A DNA stretch of 64,000 nucleotides, taken from contig NC_057724.1 in the NCBI RefSeq assembly GCF_004010195.1, positions 30,766,085-30,830,084 on the forward strand. The letters run 5' to 3'. The stretch comes from Chiloscyllium plagiosum. Lineage: Eukaryota. The notes beneath the pieces were generated by a model that saw only the letters and a program-made list of their open reading frames with translations, made no database searches and was not told where the DNA came from. A program made the translations under genes and the position numbers. Shown here in pieces: positions 26,693 through 39,702 of this stretch (position 1 is its first letter; each line of letters begins with the position of its first letter).

Positions 26693-26838
26693 CTTGATCA
26701 AGTCTGCACATGAGACTGCGGCAAGCAGCTTCAGTCTCTCGGCTAGGATGATCAAGCACCTGCCTGCACCATTTGAGAGGACTTTGTGCCTTCTGGTTTG
26801 CATCTGTTGTTGCTGTCTTCTTTGGTGAAACATATAAC
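26693..26838 (-). CDS. SLAIN-family protein, coding exon 2
   Basis: AAAG|G acceptor completes TGG(W); LYVSPKK...[30 protein letters not shown] matches the SLAIN conserved block; G|GTAAGT donor; 146 nt, phases consistent. Confidence 0.93.
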
Positions 26839-26999
26839 CTTTTAAACAAAAAAAACAGAAAACAGTTCCTTCTGCAGATATGCAACTTCAGACTAATATG
26901 CAGTAAGAGTGACAACAAGGAACTATATGGATAAAGATAATTTGGGCTTAAACCCTCATTATCCAAATGTCTATAGCAACATAGCTCTCCTTCTATTAA

Positions 27000-27530
27000 T
27001 AGAGTCGTAAAGTCAGGGGTCTACGGCACAAAAACAGGTCTTTCGACCTAATTTGCCCAAATGGCTAGTTTTCACAATTTAAACTAGTTCCATTTGCCTA
27101 CATTTGGTCTATGCGCTTCCACACACCTCTCTAAATGGTTCTTAAGACCATAAGACATAGGAGTGGAAGTAAGGCCATTCGGCCCATCGAGTCCACTCCG
27201 CCATTCAATCATGGCTGATGCGCATTTCAGCTCCACTTACCAGCGTTCTCCCCGTAGCCCTTAATTCCTCGAGACAACAAGAATCTATCAATCTCGGCCT
27301 TGAAGACATTTAGCATCCCGGCTCCCATGGCAATGAATTCCACAGGCCCTCCACTCTCTGGCTGAAGAAATGTCTCCGCATTTCTGTTCTGAAATGACCC
27401 CCTCTAATTCTAAGGCTGTGTCCACGGGGTCCTAGTCATGAAATCATGAATCATGAAATTGTACTCACTTCCACAACTATCTCTGGCAGTTCATTCCAGT
27501 CACACACCACCTTCTGATAAAATTACCCCT
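27000..27530 (-). mobile_element. CR1 3' fragment with nested younger family-B 3' end (27146-27438)
   Basis: Two different CR1 tails; the host resumes after 27460. Confidence 0.7.
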
Positions 27531-29989
27531 TAGTGATCCATCGTAACCTTATTAGACTGCAGTTAATAATTTAAGTATCCGGTGACTAATGGATTAACTA
27601 AAGCTTTTTTCCACCCAAACTTTAAGAACTTTCCAAATGTGTGGTTGTGTTCTAATCTTTTAAAATTTGCCACAAAGTTAATGTGGCAAGAGTCCTTTAA
27701 TAAATGCTGAGGCTACATTCGAGACTTATGCTGAATTCTTACAAAAATTGTGTTTCAAGGAAAGAGGATTTATGGAGCCTGAAGTTTACATTAGGGTAAG
27801 AATAGAGAGGTGTCTCAATAGTCACGTTGTTAAATTATACGAAAGTTGGTTAATTTGCGCTTTTTTTAAAAAGCAAAAAAGGTAGTTAAGTCATTATGAA
27901 CATTATGAAGCTAAACTGCTTCAGGGTCAGAAGGTGTTGTTGCAATTTCTTTTACTACCGAAATTCAACAAAAAGAAAATCTTGCCTGGTTGGAACTGTG
28001 ATCAACAGAAGTAGGCTCAGCTAACTGCCTTGACTATGTGCGAAAAAAAGTACATGGGGCCATCAACACTCTCCAGTTAATACAGTATTGTCCAATTCTA
28101 TGTTTTGCTTATATGCATGGAGTTAAGCACAACAACCTCCAAGTTTCCATCCAAATTACCCTTTGCCTCCACAGAACAGGTAATTATAGTGATTTATCAA
28201 TGAATTCTACAAAGAAATTAATGCAAATTCAAAGTTATGGCAAAGCTGCATTCATTTTTAGTAGCATGATCAGCCAATCTGGTTCTGACAAATGGTCTTG
28301 AGTCTTATTTTGGAAAAATCTACAAAATTTGTTACTTTATCCGTCTCTTTTCCATTTATATTGATCTCTGTATCAGATGCAATCTAATTTGTATTTGTTG
28401 TTTTCTACTTCCTGGTTTGGATCCTGCCTCTTCATGGGCATTCTGCAACTTTGTTGGTTTAAGATCGTAAGAACATAAAATACAGGAACAGAACTCGGCC
28501 ATTTCACCCATTGATTCTGCACTGTGATTAAGAGCACAGTTGTCACAATTGTGGCAGTCAACAGAAGCAAACCAGGATGCTCCTGTCATTGATCTGAAAA
28601 TTCAAGCTATGATAGCAAAGTATCGGACCAGAAAAGAAAATTATACAACATATTTCACACCAACCAGAGAGAAAAAAAAAATCAAAGACCTTCACAGTAA
28701 AAGATCTTCTGATGTAAAAATACAATAATTCTTAAAACAAAAACAGTGTGACCAACCCAAACAAATAATAAACAACTCAAAGCTAAGCAATGGCATAATC
28801 TGCTTTGTAGGTCCTGGTTGAAGGACAAAATGTTAAAAGATAGTGGGTGAGATCGCTGGTCTCCAAAATAAATTCCAAACTTCTGAATCCACGTGAAGTT
28901 CAATTTAACATCACAGCATAAAGAAACATTCACATATTGGCCCACATCAACTGCAGAGCAAGTGTGCACACAGCTGACCTTGTTTAAAGCAGCATGCTTA
29001 TCTTTTTACACTGGAGGCTTGGGGCTTCCACCTCCACCTCATTCCCTCTCAGAAGGTCTGGGAGACTATTTCAAAGATTCCATGCTGAGATTTGGGATTG
29101 TCGACTGAACCTCCAACATTCTACTGAGAAAGAAGCAAAATCTCTGAAGTGTCGAGGGTGTTAGTATTTAGCATTATAGTAATTAAACTTTACAGCAGCT
29201 TACTTTTGACTAACAAGAATGGATCTCTTCCGGTAGTAGTTTCAGCTGGAAAGCATTTTCAAATTGAATTAGTGTTCCTGTCTTTACATCCTCCTCCTCC
29301 TATAATGACTAGATTTTTAAACAAGAAACCTATAACTTTGTACAGTTATCAGTGAACTATGATATCTGAACAACAGATCATCTAACTGAATGACAACCTT
29401 ATTTAAAAGGCTTTTCTTTAGCAAGAAAAGCAGTCTGGCCATACTGTTCAATATTTCTCACCTTTCACCAACACTGCCCTCTACAAATACTAGTCTCAAC
29501 TTCGCCATCCCACTCACACCACTTCTACCCAGCAAGGCTGTAGGTCAATTTAACCAAACTGCATACTCACCAGCACTTTCAACTACCAGCTCACCAATAA
29601 TCATCTCTCTCTACTCTTCTCTGTAGAATATCACTCAGTTGCAACAAGACCTATCTGGCTCCTCAGGTTATTTTAAAGAATATTGGATTTCACCCTGGTG
29701 TTTTTGATATTGATACAAAAAAAAAAGGTTCAGTTGCCTACCATAATTACGAACTTGCACACAAACAGATTGTCATGGTTCCCTTCAAATGGTGACCATA
29801 CTTTCAACAATTTACAAAAAAAGTTAAACAAACCTCCAAGATCTGCATTCCTTTAGCCCTCTATTTGTGACAGCCTTTAATTGTTTAGGTTCCAAGTTAT
29901 TGGAAATTCAGCTTCTAAACACTTGTTTGTCTTTCTTCCTAGAAGATGATTCCTTCTATCAAGTTTTGGTCTCTTGTTTTAGAACAGAG

Positions 29990-30230
29990 CCATAGAATGC
30001 CTGAAGTGTGGAAACCAGCCATTTGGCCCATTGCTGACCCTCTGAACAGCATTCCAACCAGCCCCACCTCCCAGCATATCCCCATAACCTTGCACTTCCC
30101 ATGGCAAATCCACTTAAATCCACATCTTTGGAGCTTGGGAGGAAACTAGCATACCCACAGAGGAAGTCCACAGACACAGGGATGGGCAAACTCCACACAG
30201 CAATCAGAGGTGGAACTGAACTTGGTCCCA
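29990..30230 (-). mobile_element. HE1-type V-SINE, diverged
   Basis: CACATCTTTGGA...GGGAGGAAAC...CAAACTCCACACAG. Confidence 0.7.
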
Positions 30231-30399
30231 TGCCTCGCCAATGGCGCAGTGGTTAGTATCTGCTCATCTGTCTAGATACCAATTTATCCCACGAGGTGCC
30301 TCGTGATGTTACTATGTTAAAAATGTTATGTAAAAAGTAAATTTACATAGTTGTATCCAACAGCTATGCAATGTCAGTTAGGCTGGTTAGCGTCATTGA

Positions 30400-31460
30400 A
30401 TTCACCCGAGCCATCTTCCATTTCATTTGGAGGTCAGGGACATGTACAAAACTCTGGATAAAGTGAGGAAGAACGTTGCCAACACAACCCTCATCCGGAT
30501 AGCCACCCATGTGTAGCTGCAGCAAGCTCTGTGCAGATCCTCGGTACACAAACACCAAGTGTCACTTGTACTGAGGTTCTATCTGGCACCGGTGTTACAA
30601 AGGATGGTCTGGCCTGGCCTAGTTTGGCTTCAAGTCATTGGACCACTCCATATTTGTTTTTTCCCTTGCAAATGTCTTCATTAAGGACATCTTCAATCAC
30701 AAGTCCATCACGAAATGGTAAGCACAAAGCATCCTTGAGACCCTGTGGGACATAGAGTGGACCCTGTCGGGTTGTTTCTTGATCAGACTATCATAGTCTT
30801 TTGCATAATGCCTCATCACCAGAACTTTTGAAACGCACCCATACATTACTTGGCTGGTGGTGAGGAGGACAATAACTGGGAGATCCTTCATGTATGCCTG
30901 GAGTCTGTGGTACCACTGCTGGGTGGGGTGATGGAGACTGTAATACACCTACTGGAATGTGCCCTTGCAAGGGAAGCCTGGAGAGAGATCCAGTGGTTTT
31001 TGTCAATGTTCGTCTGGGGGACACACTGAGGCAAAGATTGATTGTGCATGGAGGACCATTGACTCAGTGAAATATGCAGTTTAGTCTGTCCAAAACCTGT
31101 TGGTATTCCAGAGCAAGAAGTGGGTCCTGAATGAGTTTTGCAGACTGGCGCATTCCAAATCTAGGACTACGTGCTGAGGTGTGTATTAAAGTTTGCGGCA
31201 GCTGCTGCCAAGGCACAACAGGAAAAGACAACTGTTTAACGTCGTTCTGCCAGAATTAAATGGGATTCATTCAGTTATCAAACATTTTCCACCCCCAACA
31301 GTGGCTCCAGTATATGTAAATACTGTCTTTCACAAGTAAGGAATGCTTTCAGTTTGTTGGATACAAACAAATGCCAGTGTTTGTTTTTTTTCCATATGCT
31401 ATTGTACAGAGCCAAACTGCTTTAGTGACAATGTATATATTTTTTATGAACAAAGTATGT
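30400..31460 (+). mobile_element. Tx1/L1-clade LINE 3' part, decayed
   Basis: NASSPEL..., ITWLVVRR, GDGETV.HLLEC..A.EAW zinc-knuckle-like remnants; AT-rich 3' end. Confidence 0.6.
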
Positions 31461-32259
31461 TTTTGAAATTAAGGCTGGCTTGTGATGCAGACTAATACCA
31501 ACAGCATGGATTCAATTCCCACACAGTTACCATAAAGTACCTAGCAACCTCTCCCCTAGCCTGAGGCATGGTGACCCTCAGGTTAAACTGCTACCAGTCT
31601 GATGAGAGAGCAGCCCTATGATCTGGCAAGACTATGGCGAGTTTAGACTATATTAAAAAGTTAGTCTGGTTTAATTTCAATTTCAGCTCTAAATCAAAAT
31701 TACCAGATACTACTTTATTTAAGCAAGATAGGCTGCATCCAAAGTTTTAAAATGGAGACAAGAGAGGAAACTTGTTCATGAAAAGAAGCCATTTCAAGTA
31801 ATTAGTTGGTTGGTTTTAGAGTATTGGGAGATCAAGTTTTCCAACAATTTTTTTTAATGATACACCTAAGCATACAGCTTAGTTTAAACTTAGCAACTCT
31901 ATATATTTAACATCAACAGGTAAAAGCTTTGCAGCCAATACCTCTGATTTAAAATGGTTCACCTTATTTAAGTGTTATGTATATTGACTAAAACATGAAA
32001 AAAAATGTATAAACATGAGAACAAGCAGCGAACGAATCACCCTCAATGGGAAAATAAAGTAGGTAGCTTAAAAATGATCCAAATACTTGGTCGATAAAAT
32101 TCTGCTGCCAAAGGAATGCGTTGTCGACAGCTAATGTCCTAAAACTGACCTGGGAGAACACTACACGACTAGATCGACAACTTCTCGGAATAGGATATCA
32201 CGGATTTCATGAGACAGTTCAAAATGTCGGGATAGGTGCACTGTAATCAGACTGGGGAG

Positions 32260-32920
32260 GATAACCATGCGGTTCTGTTTGGCAGCACTTACCAGCTGTC
32301 TTCTTCCACAGTCCCGAAGTCCGGTTCCAGCTCTAGGATATCCTCCTCCAGATAAACCGGCGGCGGCTGCTCTTCACCCCCCTCCGAGCAGCACCTGGCG
32401 ACCCCGGGGAGGACGGTACTCAACAATGCCTCGCAGTCGGCCAGAAGCGGGTCACCGGGACTCAGCTCCACGTCCAGGACATCAGGGGCGGACCCGATCA
32501 GATCGCCGTTAGCCGGAGGGGGCGGCCTGTCCCCGCCGCCAGTGAGCGCCTTCCCCCCGCGGCCGCTCCGACACCGGAGCTGCTCATTCTGCAACTCCAG
32601 CTTTTTGACCAAATCCTGCAGCTTTTTGACCTCCTTGTCTGCGTCGAGCAGCGGTGTGACGATGGCAGCCGCGCATCCCGAGCCGTTTGGTGCCCCCGGA
32701 TCAACTCCCGCCTCGGGCTCGCTTGAACTCGGTCCCACCATTTGTTGGCCAGTGGCATTCACAGACCGACCGCTCGCATCACCATCAGCTTCACCACCAT
32801 CGCCGCCACCATCTTAGATAAAGACGACCTCTGACACTCACTTTGGGCATGCGCAGACCCCTGGTGTGACCGGGGGCGCATGCGCGGTCACCGCGAGCCG
32901 AGATTGGCGCCAAATTGGAG
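32260..32920 (-). promoter_or_regulatory. CpG island / SLAIN promoter with NRF1, E2F-like, CCAAT and YY1-like motifs
   Basis: CpG-dense in a CpG-poor background; NRF1 palindrome GCGCATGCGC at 32876-32885 plus a partial GCATGCGCA ~32848; TTGGCGCCAA ~32904-32913; ATTGG at 32903 and 32914; AAGATGGTGGCGG (YY1-like) ~32803-32815 on the minus strand. Confidence 0.8.
32293..32741 (-). CDS. SLAIN-family protein (SLAIN2/SLAIN-like), coding exon 1
   Basis: First in-frame ATG at 32741 (CAAATGG; in-frame stop upstream at 32814-32816). Encodes the SLAIN N-terminal coiled coil DADKEVKKLQDLVKKLELQNEQLR; ends EEDS-TG|GTAAGT donor; lies in a CpG island. Confidence 0.9.
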
Positions 32921-33062
32921 CATGGTTTCAGAAATGAATGATTGAAATGTGTCAGCGACAACTAATCTGGAAACACGAGGTGAGACATCTCCCATTTACT
33001 GCACGCGAGAAGCCAGACGCTACATTTGAGGAAAACAAAAAACAACATTGGAAAGTGTACTG

Positions 33063-33290
33063 TACAGAGAATGCTGGAGAAACTCAGGAGGGTTGGCTGC
33101 ATCTATGGAGAGATGATGAAGGAGCAGCTAGTGCTTCCAATGAAACCTGTTGGACTATAACCTGGTGTTGTGTGATTTTTAACTTTATCTGTGGAAAGCG
33201 ATACAATTCAGGTCTATCTAGACCGGCTGAAATTTTCCAATATTTTGTGTTTAAGATTTGCAGCATCCACAGTATCTTGCTTTTATTTTA
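33063..33290. mobile_element. Composite Penelope pLTR-type fragments upstream of the SLAIN promoter
   Basis: GAATGCTGGAGAAACTCAG... arm; internal TGATGAAGGAGC...AACCTGTTGGACTATAACCTGGTGTTGTGTGATTTTTAACTTT piece (same family as 55841-55939). Confidence 0.6.
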
Positions 33291-33449
33291 ATGGTGAAAA
33301 GATACAGCGGATCAGCTGTGCAGCAAAGTGAATTTCGTAGCTTTTTCCCCAGAATCACCCTCTGCGTGAAAAGGTTATCCCTTAGTTCTCTTTAATATCT
33401 TCCCCTCTCACCCTAAACCTAGGACCTTCTAGATGTTTTTAATCAACCT

Positions 33450-34004
33450 GTCATTAGTTAGGCCACTGTTGGAATATTGCATGCAATTCTGGTCTCCTTC
33501 CTATCGGAAAGACGTTGTGAAACTTGAAAGGGTTCAGAAAAGATTTACAAGGATATTGCCAGGGTTGGAGGATCTGAGCTACAGGGAGAGGCTAAACAGT
33601 CTGTGGCTGTTTGCCCTGGAGTGTCGGAGGCTGACGGGTGACCTTATAGAGGTTTATAAAATTATGAGGAGCATAGATAGGATAAATACACAAAGTCTTT
33701 TCCCTAGGGTTGGGCAGTCCAGAACTAGAGGGCATAGTTTTAGGGTGAGAGGGGAAGATATAAAAGAGACCTAAGGGTCAACTTTTTCCACGCAGAGGGT
33801 GGTACATATATGGAATGAACTGCCAGAGGATGTGGTGGAGGCTGGTACAATTGCAACATTTAAGAGGCATTTGGATGGGTATATGAATAGGAAAGGTTTG
33901 GAGGGATATTGGCCAGGTGCTGGCAGGTGGGACTAAATTGGGTTGGGATATGTGGACGGGTTGGACCGAAAGGTCTGTTTCCATGCTGTACATCTCTATG
34001 ACAC
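33450..34004 (+). mobile_element. CR1 family-A 3' fragment (young), inserted in a short SINE
   Basis: LVRPLLEYCMQFWSPSYRKDVVKLERVQKRFTR ORF and tail; host AATCAACCTGT at ~33440 resumes ~34005. Confidence 0.9.
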
Positions 34005-34857
34005 TAAGATATGTTGACGCACCTTTGGAGCAGATAGGAGTTAAATCCAGGCATTCCCAGAGTTTGGGACACCATCACTGTACCGCAAGAGCCTCCTAAA
34101 CTTCTTTTTAATCAATCTATTCAGATATACCTCTAGAATACGTGAGACTTGAACCAGGAGGGTCTGCTAGCCCCAAACCATCCTTTTTATTCTTTTAAAG
34201 GCTAAATTAATAAATGGTTAGACAGTTCTGGCTATGTTGTGGCTATTACGGAGACATGGGTAGAACAGGGACAGGATTGGCTGTTGCAGGTTCCAGGGTT
34301 TAAATGTTTTAGTAGGGTCAGAGGTGGATGCAGTCCACATAATAAACACTCAAAATCTATTCTAGCTTTGGGGATGTTTAATTGGCTGCAGGAACTATCT
34401 GCACCAAATGTGGTGCCGCTTCCGCACAACATTAACACTTTTATTTCTGTTTCTGTCAGTCTATTTTCAATCTTCAATTAAGCGTTGGCATATTGCTATC
34501 AATGACATGTTTGATGAGGTTCAGTGTGTGTTCCTCTTCGGCCATTGACTCAGAGAACCTCAGACCAAACCTTGCAGAAACAGAGCAGGTCTGGCAACAT
34601 CGGTGGAAAGAAAAATAGAGATCACGTTTCATCTCGATCCAACATCATAATCTTAGACTGTGACGCCTCGCACCCCGCTCCGCCATGCCAGGTTTTGAAC
34701 TCTATCGTCCATTGGCAACGTCCTTCCTGCTTTATGTTTCCTCATGTGTCCTCTTTTGAGAACCTCCGCCTGGACAGCAATTTTGGAAAGAGGAACATGG
34801 CTAACAGTTTGAGGTCGGTATGACTTAACTAATCACAAGTATTCTGGCCCTGAATGC

Positions 34858-35865
34858 TGTGACAATGTTGCCCTTTAACAAGGTTATGTTGTCCTTAGTT
34901 TCTTTTACAAAGAAGTAAGAAAAGATGCAGACTGCAAAACGTCTATGTTGAAGAGTTTTCGGGACAATTTGATTTTAGCTAACAGATACTGCCTGAGGCA
35001 AAAAGGCTTTTAAGTTTAAATGAACACAACACTTGTACAAAGAAAAGTGAGTGGCCAGTTCTCTTAGTTCAGCATTTCTCTAGTTTTGTTCTGTTTTAGC
35101 ACAGTAGAGTTGAAACAGCTGATGGACTCTAAACAAGAAGGTGCTCTGTCTCTGGCCTAACTCATGTTAGACCCTACGTTTCATTTTGATTTTCGCAGTG
35201 CTAAGCGTTGTTTATGGGGATTTTTGCAAGTATTTGGAACACCATCATTAATTTGGGACATTCTGCTGAGTTTTCGTATAGGTTCCGTTATTCTGTATTC
35301 TGTTCTCAATTGTTTGTGTTTCGATTGGTAATTTTGTAAATAAATTCCGCTTTGTTTTAAACGAAATAGCTGGTCCAACTGCATCTCTCCTGGAATATCC
35401 TCGTTACACCTGCATGATGCATAGAGTCTGGGCTACATTTTTGAAATGTTTTCAGCGTTTCTGGCTTGGCCTATAATAGGTTGGGATATCTTCGATAATT
35501 CCAATTTCGGATTAGGTTTGTCAGACTGTAATGCTGCGAATGTTAGGTTCTGTTCCTGGTATTCAGTTTATTTGCTTTAAATGGTCTTTGGGATAAAAAT
35601 GCCTCTTTTCATCAACAAGAGGTTTCTGTGTGTGGAAAAAATGGCTTTGGGGGTTTTGCAAAAAGTGGTTAAGGCCAAGCTGCTGGAATTAGCAGGCAAT
35701 TTGGAGTTGAAGCTGACCTCTTCCCTGAGGAAAGGTGAGTTAATTATAGCAATAATCCAGCAATTACATTTGCTGGAAGCGTCACCAGAATTTTTAGAGA
35801 CGGCCAAAATTCAACTAAAAATAAAGCAACTTGAAAAAGAGGAAAACAGTAATGAATTACCCTAA
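34858..35865 (+). mobile_element. Gypsy-type LTR with truncated gag start
   Basis: TGTGAC start, degenerate TATAATA end ~35478, then ORF LQKVVKAKLLELAGNLELKL...KIQLKIKQLE resembling vertebrate Gypsy gag N-termini. Confidence 0.5.
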
Positions 35866-35879
35866 AATGAAAAGTTCAG

Positions 35880-36785
35880 AAATGGACTGAGGAGATTTGG
35901 GAGGGGAAACGAAAAAAACTTGGGGGGAAGGGTTATGGAAAACCCAAAGGCGTTCTAAGCATACATGGGGAATAACAGAATGACCAGACAGAGGGTAGGG
36001 TTGAACAAGGATAGTGGAGAGAACTTGCGCCTGGAGATTGAAAAGTTAGGGCAGGTGTTAAATGAGGTTTTTGTTTTGCTTCAGTATTCACTCGACAGAG
36101 TGAGACCACCATGGACCAGTTTAATAGGCTTGAACAGGTTAATGTTAATTAACTCGATATGTTGGATTTTTTTGGAAGCAACAAGGCAGATAAGTCCCCA
36201 GGACAGGACCAAAGGTACTAAGGAAAGCAAATAATGAGAATGTTGCACTTCTGGCGATGATCTTTGTATCCTCACTCTCCACGGGCGTAGTACTAGATGA
36301 CCGAGGGAAGGCGGATGTTATTTTTCTGTCCAAGAAAGCGAATACGAAAGTCCCCGGTAATTACAGACCAGTCAGTCGCACTTCTGCGATAAGCAATGTA
36401 AAGGAAAGGGTCCTGAGGGATGGAATTTATGACTATTGGGAAAAAGATAGTTTTATTAAAGATAGTAAGCATGGCTTTGCGAGGGGTAGTTCATGCCTCA
36501 CAAGCCTTATTGAGTTCTTACAAGGGGGCATAGCTTTAAATTAAGGGGGGGGGGGTAGGTATAGGACAGATGGTACGGGTATGTTCTTTACTCAGCGAGT
36601 CGTGAGTTCATGGACTGCCCTGCCAGTAGCAGTGGTGGACTCTCCCTCATTATGGGCATTTAAGTGGGCATTGAATAGGCATATGGAGGATAGTGGGCTA
36701 GTGTAGGTTAGGTGGGCTTGGATCGGCGCAACATCGAGAGCCGAAGGGCCTGTACTGCGCTGTATTCTTCTATGTTCTATGTTCT
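35880..36785 (+). mobile_element. CR1 ORF2 fragment with internal deletion and 3' tail
   Basis: PGNYRPVS.TS, HGFARGSSCLTSLIEF, then 3'UTR with (TTCTATG)n. Confidence 0.8.
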
Positions 36786-36901
36786 CATGGGGCAGAGTAA
36801 AAAAAGCAAATGGTTGATGGAACTTCATAAAAAGGAAGGGAAACGTATTATACCAAAGTTATATTTTCCAATGTGATGACTCAACTCCTGCAGTGCCCAA
36901 G

Positions 36902-37180
36902 TTTAGATTACATTACAGCATGGAAACAGGTCCTTCGGCCCAATAAATCCACACCGACCCACCGAAGCACAACCCACCCATGCCCCTACTTTTACCCCTT
37001 ACCTAACACTACGGGCAATTTAGCATGGCCAATTCACCTGATCTGCACATCTTTAGACTGTGGGAGGAAACCGGAGACCCGGAGGAAACCAACGTAGACA
37101 CAGGGAGAACGTGCAAACTCCACACAGTCAGTCGCCTGAGGCGGGAATTGAACCCGGGTCTCAGGCACTGTGAGGCAGCA
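36902..37180 (-). mobile_element. HE1-type V-SINE (young, 5' end clipped)
   Basis: Very similar to 40129-40440. Confidence 0.9.
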
Positions 37181-37189
37181 AAAAGTCTC

Positions 37190-37420
37190 AAAAAGCCTCC
37201 GTCACACAAATGGACATTGGATGCCCACTGAGAGGGAGTGTGCAAACAGGGTCAAAAACATAACAGATAACCTAAAACAAAAGTGACTCTTCTCCACACC
37301 CTGCTGCAAGTACCTATTAATGGCTATTTTGGCTAAGCCTAGGAGCAGAGTCATGAGAAGCGTCCTCTGACATGCCCATCCTTCCTCACGCAGGGTGGCC
37401 GTAGATTGGAAGCATGGGGT
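37190..37420 (-). mobile_element. Tx1-like LINE 3' fragment
   Basis: LLLGLAKIAINR motif in the minus ORF. Confidence 0.45.
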
Positions 37421-37736
37421 TGAAGTGCAACCAAACATTTAAAAGCAGCCTTTTAAAGAACTAAAGATGGGCTGCAAATGAAAACACAACATAAATATGG
37501 AATACCACTTCTTCAGGCCACAAAATCTAAATGTGGCTGGCACTATGAAATCTGTCCAACATTATTATCTTGAGGTATTTCATCAGTGCTGCTCATCACT
37601 GATCACAGAGGGAGTGGCCTTTTCGGAACACTGATAGTGGAGGGGAGGGAAATATATCCTTGGTGGTGGGGTCCGTTTGGAGGTGGCGGAAATGACAACA
37701 GATGAAACGATGTATATGGAGGTTGGTGGGGTGGTA

Positions 37737-37886
37737 NNNNNNNNNNNNNNNNNNNNNNNNNNNNNNNNNNNNNNNNNNNNNNNNNNNNNNNNNNNNNNNN
37801 NNNNNNNNNNNNNNNNNNNNNNNNNNNNNNNNNNNNNNNNNNNNNNNNNNNNNNNNNNNNNNNNNNNNNNNNNNNNNNNNNNNNNN
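37737..37886. other. Assembly gap (150 N)
   Basis: Run of N. Confidence 1.
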
Positions 37887-38077
37887 TCTCAGTCAAATCC
37901 CTCGAACTCAGCACCACCTTCCTAACCTGCAATCTTCTTCCTGACCTCTCCGCTCCCACCCCCACTCCAGCCTATCACCCTCATCTTGACCTCCTTCCAC
38001 CTACCACATTTCCAACGCCCGTCCCCCAAGTCCCTCCTCCCTACCTTTTATCTTAGCCTGCTGGACACACTTTCCTC

Positions 38078-38113
38078 ATTCCTGAAGAAGGGCTCATGCC
38101 CGAAACGTTGATT
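38078..38113 (+). ncRNA. Minimal hammerhead-like motif in a Penelope pLTR (third family)
   Basis: CTGAAGA-A-GGGC(TCAT)GCCC-GAAA-CG-TT^GA; core intact, stem I weak. Confidence 0.6.
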
Positions 38114-38379
38114 CTCCTGTTCCTTGGATGCTGCCTGACCTGCTGTGCTTTTCCAGCAACACATTTTCAGCTTGTTGGACTACAGTACTGCCGCCATTAT
38201 TCCTTTTAAAATCAACTTGTTATGACACATGGTCAGCAGGGCTTTATATTTTGAATTCTTATATTTTGTAGTAATTTAACATTTATTTTAGCTTTCAACT
38301 AGTTTAATAATTTTAGATGTTTTAAATATTTTAGTAAATAAAGTTGTAATTTTAATCACAAATAGGATGGATGGTAGAT

Positions 38380-39405
38380 AGTGGTGGATGGTGTTTACAT
38401 GGACCTTCGTAAAGTTTTTGATATCATCCCTCAGGGTGGACTGGCCAGAAGGTTAGATCACATGGTAAGATCGTAAATTGGATATAATATTGACTTGGTC
38501 ATAGGAGACAGAGGGCAATTATGGAGAAGTGTTTTTCTGACTGGAGATCTGTGTTCCGCAAGGATCAGTGCTCGGACCTCTATTGTTTGTAATATATACA
38601 TATTAACTTAGATAAAATTGTAGACGGTCTGTATAATTAGTTTGCAAAGGTCAAAACTTTGGTGGAGGATACAACTGAACTATAGCAATTAGAAAGTTGG
38701 GCAGAGAAATAGCAAATGTAACTTAATCTAGACAAGTGTGAGGTGATGCATTTTGGAAGGTCAAATGCAACAAGAAGGTATACAGTTAGTAGCAAGACCT
38801 TTACGAGTATTGATATACACAGGAATCTTTGGATCCAAGTCCATAGTTCCCTGAAAGTGGTAAGTGAATAAAGTGGTAAAGAAGGCATACAATATGCTTG
38901 CTTCATTGGTCAGGGCATCAAATCTCAAAGTTAGAAATCATGTTCCAGCTGTATAGAATTTTAGTTAGGCCACATTTGGAGTATTGTGTACAGTTCTAGT
39001 CCCCGCACTACAGGAAGGATGTGCAAGCTCTGTAGAGGGTGTAAAAGAGGTTTACCAGGATGTTGTCTGGATTGGAGCGCATTAGCAATAAGGAGAGATT
39101 GACAAACTGGGATTGTTTTAGCTGGTGTTGGAGGCTGAGGTGCAGCCAGATTGAAGTGTGAGAGGTGTGGAGAGGGTGTATAGTTAGAGTTTTTTTAATA
39201 TTCAGGGTGGAAAGGTCAAATACCAGAGAATATAGTATAAAGTGAGAGGAGAAGCAGAGTAATTAGCAAAATTTAAGAGGCATTTAAACAAACATGTGAA
39301 AAGATAGAGAGTATAGACTAATTGCAGGCAGATGGGTTGGTTTAGAATGGCTGACACATACACGATAGGGCAAAAGACCTATTTCTCTGCTGTACTGTTC
39401 TACGT
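38380..39405 (+). mobile_element. CR1 3' ~1-kb fragment, diverged
   Basis: VPQGSVLGPLLFVIY, DKCEVMHFG, LVRPHLEYCVQF motifs. Confidence 0.85.
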
Positions 39406-39499
39406 TTGAGGGAAATAGTACTTTTCTCTGGAGTTCTGGCGCAGAGTTAGGTAAACTTTCACTATCTCAAAAGCCTTTAGTTTTTTTTTTTAATTTTTA

Positions 39500-39702
39500 C
39501 TAATGAACCTGTTCAGAGATGTTATTACACACTTCTGGTTGAACCCAGACTGTTGGCTCAGAGGTTACCACAAGTGCCCTAAATCTATGATATTTTCTAA
39601 TCTGTTCTGATATGGCATTACATTACATTACATACTTCTGAGGCAGGGAGGATTGAACCTGGCTCAGATGTATGGACACTACCACTGCACCATAAAAGCC
39701 TT
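39500..39702 (-). mobile_element. Two tandem copies of a short tRNA-derived SINE (others ~34005-34170, 44495-44600, 62565-62625)
   Basis: AACCTGTTCAGAGATGTTATTACAC...TTGAACC...GACACTACCACTGCACCA; reverse strand has A/B-box-like GGTGCAGTGG / GGTTCAA. Confidence 0.6.

Larger units (their letters stand above)
37603..38172. mobile_element. Penelope pieces in opposite orientations flanking the assembly gap
   Basis: Left part is minus-strand PLE ORF sequence; right part is the plus-strand 3' end / pLTR with a hammerhead motif. Confidence 0.75.

Noticed and set aside
32742-32762. ORF-track start of SLAIN exon 1 at 32762
   Set aside because: That codon is GTG; the first in-frame ATG is at 32741.
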